Part shown: positions 11,781 through 22,494 of the stretch, piece after piece
How positions within the stretch are numbered: position 1 is the first letter of the stretch
Layout: each line of letters begins with the position of its first letter
Source: Asterionella formosa
Taxonomy: Eukaryota
Direction of reading: 5' to 3'
Assembly: GCA_002256025.1 (NCBI GenBank)
Contig: NKIB01000089.1
Location: 1-35,362 of the forward strand
Length of the DNA: 35,362 nt
Made by a program: the position numbers and the translations under genes
Notes under the pieces: model-generated
Told to the model about the DNA's origin: nothing
The model's database searches: none
What the model saw: the letters and a program-made list of their open reading frames with translations, nothing else

Positions 11781-12554
11781 ACAAAAGAAAAGAGGAACAT
11801 TGGCTGTTTCAGCAACTGCACAAAATGTAGAAACATAAAATTGATTTCGTGATATAACAGTAAAATTACAATCCATTTCAACCTATTTTTAACAGCTATT
11901 TCGATTAGAGTTACCATCATATAAGGCAGGATAGGTACATGATAAAAGAATATACATCATAGGATATTATTTTGATAATTTTGTGGTGGTTTGATTATTA
12001 CGAGTAAGCTTAGCCTGTTCACTTTCATAGTATGCATTTGTCATACATATAACGAAATATATATCATGCACAGGAAAATTCTGTGCCAGTTATTGTATGA
12101 TACCCCTGATCTTATAAGTATGATATTTCTTATTTGCAGACGGATATTTTTGAGATTTTTTCGGCTGGAAGGCTTCTCATGTATCTGAAATTTTTTGAAA
12201 TCTATAAGCTTATGGTAATGCATGCCTCCAGAAACATGCAGTACTAAAGATTTAGAGTAACTTTTCAGAAATGAAATATCTGTTGAATTGATCTTTGGGC
12301 AGGGGATTGAAAACCCAGACTGAATCCAGTCTGCTAGACTGAAATCATCCTATCCGGAAAGAATCCGATACCGTAGGGAAAACAAAAGAATACACTTGAT
12401 GGATGGGAGTAGGCTATACTCAACTGATTGTTAATTCTAGCGCTGAATATGTATTAGAAAACTCACAGCAACAACAACAATCACCACACCCGAATCCTCA
12501 ACTAGTGTTGCCCGTCGTCCATTCGCATCAAGGGGGCCGCCTTTACAGTTCGCA

Positions 12555-14387
12555 ATGGACTTTATCGCGTTGGCAAACTCGCATCATCAACTCCTGCGTC
12601 ATCTAAATGGAGACGACGACTTCGGTCGCATTGACAATGACGGAAGTAGGAGCAACAGCATTACGAAGCCTCCGCTGTCGCTGACCTCGGAAGATTCCTA
12701 CGAACAGTTGGTAGTAGCAGGGAAAGAGAAGCTTCTATCTCCATCAGCTGAGGCTGAGCTTTTCTTGTTGGCTACCAATTTTCTGTTATGTAAGTTTCAT
12801 ATCGATAGATTCTACCGGGAGTGAGTGCTGTGCATGTGCTGCATCGTATGCTCGCGCTAGTTCTGCTTTTCCAAGCTGACAATCGTCTTTCAGACGTTGC
12901 CTTGGTGATCATCATTACCTTGGTCGCCAAAATTTATTTTCCGGAGAGTCTGGAAAGGAGAAACGATTACCAGCCGAGCTCCCGTTCCTACTCGTATCGC
13001 AGGGTCGGTGAAACGAATAGCAATGATCAGCAGGAAACCACAGGCTCGGACAGCCTCTCGGACGATGAGGTAGATAGCGAAGAAAATTTAGATAGTGGAG
13101 ACGAGCAAGATGATATGAAGCCTCCTCCTGCAGTTGATTATCACAAACAGTTTCTGGAATTTGATCAAGAGGCAATGCCCAAAAACGAAGTCATCAAACG
13201 ACTAGCCTTTTGTTGTCTCATGCTAAATGTGACGTTCATTACCTGGGGTATCTTGCAGGTGTGTACTTTACTACCCAAAAGACTGCCTATTGACCAACAG
13301 CTTGCAAATCACTTCTAGCTTATCTGACCATTTTCCTTCTACAGGAACGAATGTTGACACGGCGCTACCCAAGAGGGACTGGAGAATATTTTACTTACAG
13401 TTACGCATTGGTCTTCACCAATCGGTTTTGGACTCTGATCATGTCTGGTTTACTTCTTTTGTATCTCAAGCCCAGGCGATCACGATCGACTGTCATTTAT
13501 GAATATTCATTTCCATCCATTTCGAATATGTTGAGTTCGTGGTGTCAATACGAAGCCCTGCGATACGTATCATTTCCAGCAACCGCGCTTTTCAAGTGCT
13601 TCAAATTGGCCCCAGTCATGCTAATGGGGAAGATGCTTGGAAATAAAACATGTAAGTGGTAGTATTTACCAGAAGGAATAAAATCAAGAGACACGCACTA
13701 TCGCTTGTTCTCACCCTGTCCATTTGGCCCCTTTCAGACCCCCAATATGATTACATGGTCTCACTTGCCATTGGAATTGGAATTACCATGTTCATGTCAT
13801 CAAGTGATGAGCTATCATTCGGAACTGATATTTATGGGAAACACGGCAACCAGGCGTGGACTGGTGTATTGCTGCTCTTTTTATATCTTTTCTTCGACTC
13901 GTTTACTGGGCAGTGGCAATCACGGATGTTTCAGCGTCATAAGGACTTGTCCATGGTGGAGCTCATGTTTGCAACATCAGCATTTTCCACTGTCCTTTCG
14001 TTGGTTACCCTGGTTCACACAAATGAACTTGGGCCGGCCCTTAACTTTGTATATCGGCACTCGGAGATCCATTTGCACTTCTTTATGTTTTCGATCTGCT
14101 CGACGATTGGACAGATTTTTATTTTTTACACCATCAAGAACTTTGGAGCAGTGGTCTTCACACTTATCATGACGGCTCGAATTCTTTTGAGCATTGCTGT
14201 ATCCTGCGTTTTGTATGGACACAAGGTATCGGCTATGGGCTTTTTGGGCCTGATGTTCGTCTCGGGAGCAGTTCTATACCGTATCAAACGTAAGACTGAA
14301 GGCACTCAACTACTGAAATGGCAAGGACTGGAGGATACTAAGGCCCAAGAATTGGTTCAGGAATGGCATGAACATCTAGATATGTAA
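12555..14387 (+). CDS. PAPS / nucleotide-sugar transporter of the UAA family (PAPST1/SLC35B2-like), 4 exons
   Basis: join(12555..12789,12894..13258,13345..13651,13738..14387). GT-AG introns keep the frame (LL-Y-VALV, WGILQ-ERMLT, KT-Y-PQYDY). Motifs SSWCQYEALRYVSFP, FKCFKLAPVMLMG, FDSFTGQWQ and GQIFIFYTIKNFGAVVFTLIMT are typical of SLC35B2. Confidence 0.92.
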
Positions 14388-14415
14388 CTTGTGTAGTTGC
14401 GAAAATTGCGTACTT

Positions 14416-15570
14416 CTATTGGGACTTCCTACCTCGTGACATATACTTATCTGGTAGTTCGATCCCAACCTTTTTAAGCGCTGCCCTACAAATGTTTTGT
14501 AACCGAGGAACAACCAACTTCGACTCTTCGATGGTAAGCAGATTAAATCGCAGATCGTCCTCGTCGTCGGACTTTTTCCCAACAAGGGTATAGGGCTTGA
14601 ATGGTTTCACCAATGAGTACACGTTGCCATTCTTGAAATTGAAGCCAACGAGCTTGAGTGCAGTTCCTTCGTGATCAATATCAGTCGATATACTCTTGAA
14701 TGGCGCCTCGAGCGACTCTTCGTCTATATTCCCTAAATTCGAAAAAATGTCCTTGATACCCTCAACATCGTCACTTGCCGTACCCAAGCCAGGAATGTCA
14801 AAGAGCGCGCGTAGTGCAGGATTAATGTCATCTAGGTCGTTCAGACCAAAGTCTTCTTCCAAAGTCTTTTGGAACTCCTCCTCGCCAAGCTCGGCCTTCA
14901 TAAAATCAAAAAAGGATTCCGTGGAATCGTCTGAATCATCCAAGAGGGTTTCTGCATCAATCGGCTGGCCAAAAATGTCCGTTTTCCAGTCCTTGATGTA
15001 TTGATCCAGATCACCTTCAATGGTCAATACTTGCGGCGTTCGCTTAAGTTTCAAGTCTTCGCCCAGATACTTCGCAAGGGCACCGGCCATAATCTCTAAA
15101 AGCTCAGTGTTTTCGTCATCGTCTGGATCCATGGCAAGAATAGTTCCATCGGTTTGTTCAACAGTCACAATGACTGCGTGATCAAAGGGCACACCAATAC
15201 CATAAACGACTCCATCCAACTCGGTCGTAATGGCAAGTCTACAGTTTACAAAGTGTTGTTCAGCGTCGCAAAAGGGGACATTGACCTGGCTCGACTCCGG
15301 GTCGGCTTCAAGTACCAAGTCCAACAAAGTCTTTTCTGACTCAGGTATGGCTTCATCGGTGCTTATTGCCTCTGACTTGCTAGCCATCTGCTGAACGCGT
15401 TCAAACTCCACATCCAGAACAGAATCCTCACTGCCAGCCGATTGATGTCGATGCCAAGGCATTGTTCTGTCTAGTGATGGCTTCAACATCAACCCCCATG
15501 CGCTTGGAGAAAAGGCTTCCGAACTTTGTACAAGGGCCAGGAAGGCGATAATGCTAGTTCTGATCGTCAT
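14416..15570 (-). CDS. Plastid-targeted acidic protein, DUF3727-like
   Basis: Intact 384-aa ORF; signal peptide then SEA-FSP (ASAFAP-like). ELDGVVYGIGVPFD, LKLKRTPQVLTIEGDL and YSLVKPFKP resemble cyanobacterial/plastid DUF3727 proteins (from memory). Confidence 0.8.
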   Translation of the reverse strand: MTIRTSIIAFLALVQSSEAFSPSAWGLMLKPSLDRTMPWHRHQSAGSEDSVLDVEFERVQQMASKSEAISTDEAIPESEKTLLDLVLEADPESSQVNVPFCDAEQHFVNCRLAITTELDGVVYGIGVPFDHAVIVTVEQTDGTILAMDPDDDENTELLEIMAGALAKYLGEDLKLKRTPQVLTIEGDLDQYIKDWKTDIFGQPIDAETLLDDSDDSTESFFDFMKAELGEEEFQKTLEEDFGLNDLDDINPALRALFDIPGLGTASDDVEGIKDIFSNLGNIDEESLEAPFKSISTDIDHEGTALKLVGFNFKNGNVYSLVKPFKPYTLVGKKSDDEDDLRFNLLTIEESKLVVPRLQNICRAALKKVGIELPDKYMSRGRKSQ

Positions 15571-16039
15571 TTGAGCTTTACTAGTGAGAGGGATTGTGAT
15601 GGCTTATAGATTATATAAGAATTAGTCCAGACAATGATTACACAACAATATTACTAAGGACATAAATAGTATGTAGGGCTAAGAATTGGTCGCTTGATGA
15701 TAAATATTTTTGGCACATTTATATGCCGGTATTTCTATGAAGATGCCGGAATAGGACATACAAAAATACAGGCATATACCGGTAATTACAACCAGGTACC
15801 TGGTACCTTGTACCAGCAACCATCCCATTATCTTGAAAAAATTCCATTAGCTATGCATGATGCTGTGATAAGATGAATGGATAAAGCTTCAACGCGTCTG
15901 TATGCCACCCACCAGTCAGCTCCCAGGCCGACGAATAGTGAAAAAGCTTTATGAGTCCCAGTTTTACCTCTTACTTGAACTTGAAATTCCAAGCTTCTAA
16001 CAAATCACCCATCGTGAAACAGCATTTCCACAGCTCAAG

Positions 16040-16379
16040 GTGTGTTTAGACCATGGTGTTTTCTGGGCTCGGTGGAACAGACGAATTTGCTTGATTTCAT
16101 CGTAGATTCCTCTCCGAATATTGAATCAGTCTAGATGAGAAGAGAAATAGATCGAGGAAGCAGTCAGTGGAAGGAACGAAACCGAAATATGCGCCTCCTT
16201 GAAAATCCATCATCTCATAACCCAACCCTCCAGTCATCGCCCTTTTGCGCTCGGCTGTGATCGTTCGTCGTTGATGAAACAGTTGCAGCGGGTTCAGAGT
16301 GGCGTTCTTGCTTTACTAACACACCAGCGTTTCTCTCATTGTCCAAACAGCAGTCGGTTCTCTTTTCGTTCTCAACTAG
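16040..16379 (+). other. Probable 5'-UTR intron of RPS23
   Basis: AAG|GTGTGT donor at 16040, perfect TACTAAC at 16314-16320, candidate acceptors ending at 16350, 16353 or 16379. Confidence 0.55.
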
Positions 16380-16385
16380 CTGAAA

Positions 16386-16817
16386 ATGGGAAAGCCAAAC
16401 GGTCTCAACACTGGGCGAAAGCTCCGAACTCATAGACGTGACCAACGTTGGCATGACAACCAATTTAGCAAGGCGCATTCTATCACAGCCATGAAGGCCA
16501 ATCCAATGGGAGGCTCCACAATGGCCAAAGGCATTGTCCTGGAAAAGATTGGAATCGAGGCCAAGCAGCCCAACTCCGCTATCCGCAAGTGTGTTCGTGT
16601 TCAACTTATCAAGAACGGAAAGAAGATTGCCGCTTTCGTTCCTCGGGATGGATGTTTGAACTTTGTTGATGAAAACGACGAAGTTCTTATCGCTGGTTTC
16701 GGACGTTCCGGTCATGCCGTCGGAGATATTCCTGGAGTCAGATTCAAGGTTGTTAAAGTTGCGGGTGTATCTTTGTGGGCTCTTTACAAGGAAAAGAAGG
16801 AAAAACCTCGTTCGTAA
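16386..16817 (+). CDS. RPS23: 40S ribosomal protein S23 (uS12)
   Basis: 143 aa with [34 protein letters not shown] and [24 protein letters not shown]. Confidence 0.99.
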   Translation: MGKPNGLNTGRKLRTHRRDQRWHDNQFSKAHSITAMKANPMGGSTMAKGIVLEKIGIEAKQPNSAIRKCVRVQLIKNGKKIAAFVPRDGCLNFVDENDEVLIAGFGRSGHAVGDIPGVRFKVVKVAGVSLWALYKEKKEKPRS

Positions 16818-16940
16818 ACAACAACAGCATGAATAATAACGATAAAAAGAGAAGGGTACTATCCCTGAGACCCAAGTAGACATGCAATGATTGATTATAA
16901 ATACAGACGAGCAACACTAGACCATGCATCGTTTCCAACA

Positions 16941-18365
16941 TCATGCCCACATATCGTCATCCTCTTCGTCAAGTGGCATGATTCCGTCCATCTTGAAATT
17001 GTCGCTTACCAGCATTGAATCCGCCGTTAACATTGCTTGGTCATCGCGCTCACCGTCGTCTTCGGTAAAGAAAAACACTTCTTCAAGTATGGATCGTTGC
17101 CTTACTTGATCTGACTGCTCGTAGCCGTCCTTCCAACGCACCTGCTTCTCGTGAAGGATCTTTTGGGGGGGTCCGTCTGCTTGTCGCTTCTTGGACTGCT
17201 CTCGCAACTTGACACGAAGTTCATCCATTTTCGCTTTCACCTTGGTCTGTGCCTCTTGCTTTTCTCGTTGCATATTCTGCAAGAGGAGCTCGCGATCGCG
17301 CTTACGTTCCCTCTCTTCCAACTCATGCGTAGAAAGTTTTGCGACTGCCTTTCGTTCCTTTGCAATTAGCTCGGCTTCTTCAAACGCCAGCAGAAAGGCG
17401 GGCTTTTCGGATTTGCCCGCCTCAAACGCCTCAAGTAGTTCCAATCGCTCTTGCATCTTTTCTTTCAATGAGGCGAAGGGGTCCTTGGCCGAAAAAGTTG
17501 AAGATTTGATGGATTCTTTCCATTGAGCCATCAAGTCTTCTACAGCCACCTGTACATGCGACACGACTAAACCTCCAGCAATGGGATCTTTAAAGGTTTG
17601 GTCGGTTTTCTTCTTGCCCGCCATGGTATCATCCAAGGACTTTTTCAGGTTTCGAATCTGCTTATTAATTTTTGTTTCCGTGACAAGCGCCTTGTCGAAA
17701 GGAATGTTCTTGAGGATTGCGAGCAATGGTAGTAGCAGCGGTCCCGTCGGAGAAGCACTCAGGCAGTGGTAGCTTTTCCGTCTCTTGCTTTCGTTGCTAG
17801 AATAGACCGACTTGATCTCTTTCTGAACTGGAGTCATGGCATCAATCAGCCACTGATTGAGAATCTTGAGACCTCCCGCTGAGATAAACCGACTCGTCCG
17901 ACTTGCCTCCTTCTTCATCACTTTTCCCCGCTGCTCCTGATCACTTTTTTCCCAGTCATCTTGCTCCATTGTTCGTTCTAGAATGGCGAGTCCTAGTGCC
18001 CGTAGTGGAGGTTTATGACAGGATCGAGCAAGCACCGTGACAAAAGGAGCTTCTTTGCCTCTCATAAGCGCTCCATCGATGACAGTGTCTTCCAGCGTTT
18101 CGTCTGATCGTTTCGGGTTTATCTCGCAGCATTCAATCATGGCTCGTTCCGCATAGTTAACAGCCGACCAAACGTCTTCTTGCGGCTCATTACTTGAATC
18201 ATGATTAGTATTGTTACTATCTGAGTGCAATACTTGATAGCGACGAGCGAAGTAATCTTTCTGAATTGAAGGGTGTTTCAAAAGCTCTCGCTGAGGTTGA
18301 CAAGACGACATCAATACATGAAAGGGTGCCGCAAATTCGTTACTTCTTGACGCATCATCCGACAT
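16941..18365 (-). CDS. TFIIS N-terminal-like domain protein with PP1-docking motif (PNUTS/PPP1R10-like)
   Basis: Intact ORF, first in-frame ATG at 18365. RFISAGGLKILNQWL..LLAILKNIPFDKALVTETKINKQIRNLKK..LMAQWK is TFIIS-N-like, followed by a charged helical region, KQVRW and LEEVFFFTEDDGER. Confidence 0.75.
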   Translation of the reverse strand: MSDDASRSNEFAAPFHVLMSSCQPQRELLKHPSIQKDYFARRYQVLHSDSNNTNHDSSNEPQEDVWSAVNYAERAMIECCEINPKRSDETLEDTVIDGALMRGKEAPFVTVLARSCHKPPLRALGLAILERTMEQDDWEKSDQEQRGKVMKKEASRTSRFISAGGLKILNQWLIDAMTPVQKEIKSVYSSNESKRRKSYHCLSASPTGPLLLPLLAILKNIPFDKALVTETKINKQIRNLKKSLDDTMAGKKKTDQTFKDPIAGGLVVSHVQVAVEDLMAQWKESIKSSTFSAKDPFASLKEKMQERLELLEAFEAGKSEKPAFLLAFEEAELIAKERKAVAKLSTHELEERERKRDRELLLQNMQREKQEAQTKVKAKMDELRVKLREQSKKRQADGPPQKILHEKQVRWKDGYEQSDQVRQRSILEEVFFFTEDDGERDDQAMLTADSMLVSDNFKMDGIMPLDEEDDDMWA

Positions 18366-20591
18366 TATCCATACAAAGTCCCTTAGTGCGAGACAGTCTA
18401 TAAACAACACTCAATTTTTCAATTGATGAATGCGAGTGGGGGAGCAGAGAAGTTCAATGCTCTATAGCGGAAGGACCTGGTTGAGTGGCTGTAGTTTGGC
18501 GTCGTCGCAAGCCGCGATCGTCTCTTGATTATAAACTATAAATGGAAGCTCTTCGGTGGTTCCATTCTCTGCCTTGCTTATTATACTAGTCTATAGTGAG
18601 GGTGTTTGCTTTCATACTCTAAAAAAGTGTGTAATAATTGTGATCTTTACAGTGTGGGCAGATTATATTAGAACATCATCGTGTGGAAATGCAGCACATA
18701 TTCATTATACATACATGATTTTATAATATACTGTATGGCTGGGTGCACCAGCAAAGGACATCGGGTTGCCGCCCATAGCTTGTAGTATCTTGGAAATTTA
18801 GCATCACCAAATTTTTGTTTTGCTTTCATGTACGTTTTTCGTGTCGACAATAGAATGCCTTTATTGATTAAGGATGCATGGATGAAAGTTCTGATGCATG
18901 TTATGGGAGATGCGTGATCTTTGTTATTGTGTCTTGGAACAGGAATGTATATCCATTCAAATTTTTATTCTGCACTTGAATGTTCTGAAGACACATATCT
19001 ACAACTATACTTCTGTCCATGAATGTCTTTGGAGGAAAGAAAAAGAAGCTGGGTGACTGTATCTCAAACACAATGTATTTTGGTCATCACACTTTGATAT
19101 ACTTGTAACAAAGTGCAAGAAGGTCGACTCAGGCATTGTACTGCTCCACCACACATGTTTTGGAATGGAGCTATATCATCGAACTTAGCTAGTACTCTTC
19201 CACTTACTACTGTATGTTATTGATTATATTCTAGTAGCATGTATTATCTTCCCTAGTTTTGAGTTTCATCATACTTCTCATGGTCCATTCCTCCACCTTA
19301 GACCAAAGTCCTGCGCATTTCGTTTAGTAATAGCAAGTCAATTGCTAGTGCTTATGGTCACACCAATGCAAAAAAAGGCAAATACTCAAAGGAAATAAGT
19401 GCCCTCGTGGATCCATCAACTCATTCCATTAGTACAAATGTTTACAATGCTCGAACCAGTGATGGATCCGCAAGATCACAGCAAGGCACAAAGAAAAGCG
19501 ACGGTCGGTTAAGGCCATTGTCAAGGCAAAACAACAAGTATTCTTGTGCGATAATTATTTCAGTAGAAGGGTTAGAGTTATTGTTTGTACTAGGTCTACA
19601 TGAGCCTACCCGATGTTCTCAAACTTTGCACCCAGCCATAGTCTCTGAAAAAAAAAATCTAATCTGAATTGAATTATGTATATAGTGTACAACAGCAAAC
19701 TTATGGCACACAACATTTCAATGCGTTGAAGATTTGTATGCAGCAGCACTCGCTTCTGTGTGACCACAAACAAGTCCCTTGCAGAAGTATGATGAAACCA
19801 AGGCAAAGGATTGGTAGAGTCTGATAAACTTGTAACCAGCATACTAGATACAAGCACTTAACATGTAACAGCACAACCATATGCTTTCTATCACATAGAA
19901 ATACAGTTACCAATTGTTTACTTCTTCAAATGTGTGCGCTGTAAATTTATTACATACCCTGTTGGATAGCTATCATACTAGCTTTAGCAGTAAGCTGTCT
20001 GCCATAAATCCATCTATTCAATTTGCTCCAGAACATCCATTTGAATTGGTCATATTTGCCTTCACCATAACACTGTGCATGTTTACCATTGAATGACTAT
20101 ACCAGAGGCATGATTCATTTTTTTCTGCTGTGAAGCACAAAAAACAATATGAGGAAAGTTTTAGTTTGGTACAAATAACCTACCAGGAGGTAAGAAAGCT
20201 AACTGGTAGGGTATGATTGATGATAGGAAAATGATATGTGGAGCAATAAAATACCAGTCAATACTTCTATATTTTTTGCTACAGGGAGTACTCAAAATGG
20301 AACAAATTTAGTATGGAGCTGAATACATTTGAGGATTAATGATGGATGTAAGAATTTACGTTCTTTCCCTGGGCATGAATCAATTTGGAACATCCTACGA
20401 GAGTACAGGTACAAATGTATGATTCTACGGGAATCCTCAACCTGAAACCATATCCAGAGATATAGTGTGTCAGCATATTGAGTCTTCCAAACAGTCCTGG
20501 TATATTTACTCCATGTGTAACAAAATGCTCTCCATCACCTATATACTTATCTAGATGAAACATGCATCCAGAATTCAATAGCCATTACATC

Positions 20592-21898
20592 CTAGTAATC
20601 ACCTCCGAAGTCTCCTCCACCATAATCATCTCCCCCACCATAATCTCCTGTATCGTCTTGTTGATAGGTGGCACTGTCGTCGTAGGCGTCATTATTTGAA
20701 TGTTGAAAGACTGACAGTAAGCCAGCCCCCAAAGCGGCACCTCCCAACAGTGGCAAAATTGCCGAGCCCATCCCGCCATTATTTCCATTTTGTCTATTGT
20801 TGTATCCATTGCTGGAATTCGTTTGGAATTGACTATTCGAAAGTTCTCTGTTATTGCTTGCCATTTGCCCACTTTGGGGGGTGTAGCTCACATGAAACTG
20901 TGATACACCTGGAGGCACAGTCGCCGCCACAACTCGACCAGGCTCACCAGGGATGCTAACGTGAAGAGTAGATCCCGGAGCTGTCCCGGGAGGAACTCGA
21001 ACCAAAAGGAGCTTTTCAACGGGTGAATTGTATGTTTGTGCAGGCATCAATGGGACAGTTGCTTGTGCAGCTCCCCAAGGGTTCGGTTGGAAAGCAGCAG
21101 TTTTCATCAAAGCAACAGGTTCGTATGATACATGAAATTCAGTTGCCCCGTTTGGAACTTGTGCAGCAATAGTTCGATTCTCTCCTGGAATTTCTACATG
21201 GACTGTCGTTCCCCCTGGTGTTCCCGGTGGGACTTGAACCTTCAAAAGCCGTGTGGAAGGAGGAGATAATGGGGGTGGCAAAGGTGCAGAAGGGGCTGGA
21301 TCACGTGCAACAGGGAAAGCTTGAATAGTCACATCATTTGCGTTGGATCCTACTGGATAAGCAGTGGCAAACGGTTCATCAGGGACTACGTTCGAAGCCT
21401 GATGATGTGGCTGGACACCATGCAATTCGGAACGATACTGATTGGGATTCGAAACAACAACAGCAGTCGATGTGACAGGAGAAGTAACTGTGACTGGGGG
21501 GAGTTCTACCATAAAGCTAGATCCTGGTGACATGCCTTGTGGTACATTTGCTTGCACTATTCTGCCGTCTGGAGCAGATACTTGAATCGGTTGTCCTGCA
21601 AAGGCACCAGGAGGAACAACCACTGATCGCGGAGCACAAGATGGCTAATGAGAGATGAATGCCACATTTTTCGAATCGATCAAAAACCAACATGAGGCTT
21701 ACCTTCAAGGAAAGTGCCCTGGGGAGAGGATTGCTGTGAGTGTCCAAAGTTCTGAACAGGAGCAGCCGTCAGTGCATTTCCACCTGTCTTGTTCATTCTA
21801 CGGGCACCAGGATAGCTCCCACCTAGTCCATCAGACGTCTGACGGTGATAGGCGTCTCCAGCGTTGGAGTAAGGATCGTTGAAGCAACAGAACACCAT
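20592..21898 (-). CDS. Pro-rich protein with three VxVPPG beta-type repeats and a Gly-rich hydrophobic C-terminus, 2 exons
   Basis: complement(join(20592..21622,21703..21898)); the GTAAGC...CAG intron at 21623-21702 joins TFLE-V-VVPPG in frame; N-terminus MVFCC. Confidence 0.85.
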
Positions 21899-22316
21899 GA
21901 TCAGTTCTTGTCACGCCGCTTTATGATTTAACTGAAGCTGATGAATTTCGGTATGCATGCACTATTCCTACTTATAGTGGTTTTGTTCTGGGACTCCTTT
22001 TTGTTATGATCCTCACCGGCATGCACTCTACGATGTCGTGTATTTTCGTGTATTATCAGTCGAGGTACATCTAGGACGAGCGGAGGTTGCAAATAATTTT
22101 TTATAATATTCAAGCCTGAATACCTTTATCACGCTTGCCGACTATGAAAAGGATTCAGTGATTGATATATATATATTCGCCACATCCGATCCTCCGAAAC
22201 AGCAACCTCATATTTACCGTACGACCGGTGAGCAAATTGGCTGGCTGACCGGTGGGACAGCACGCATTCGTTTCATTCCTGCCAGCTAGCTTACCGGTAT
22301 ATTCGCTCCTTGTTGT

Positions 22317-22494
22317 GCCTTGGATGGCTGACGATTCCTAGTTGACTTCTCCATCCTTCTGACATACTGGTAGTCGGTCTATGTGGGCTAGTTTTCCAAG
22401 ACAAGCCTTGGATGGCTGACGATTTCTAGTCGACTTCTCCATCCTTCTGACATACTGGTTGTCGGTCTATGTGGGCTATTTTTCCAAGACAAGC
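22317..22494. repeat. 88-bp tandem duplication
   Basis: GCCTTGGATGGCTGACGA...TTCCAAGACAA at 22317 and 22405 with about 4 substitutions. Confidence 0.95.

Larger units (their letters stand above)
9289..12142. mobile_element. Non-autonomous TIR element (CGTCTGC...GCAGACG) with 2-bp TSD GA, possibly CMC/Plavaka-related
   Basis: Left TIR CGTCTGCAAATAGAAAACATC (9289-9309) matches the reverse complement of 12122-12142 at 18 of 21 positions; GA flanks both ends (9287-9288, 12143-12144). The right 1.2 kb is homologous to about 26700-27832, which ends at the same GCAGACG boundary. Confidence 0.75.

Noticed and set aside
11519..11920. 133-aa Pro-rich ORF as an independent gene
   Set aside because: Largely produced by the minisatellite inside the TIR element.
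16271..16383. C/D snoRNA (TGATGA...CTGA) in the RPS23 intron
   Set aside because: The putative D box lies beyond the branch point and acceptor, and there is no terminal stem.
16215..16883. 222-aa minus-strand ORF
   Set aside because: Antisense shadow of RPS23.
18668..19200. Possible decayed gene on the minus strand
   Set aside because: Short broken frames with no recognisable family.
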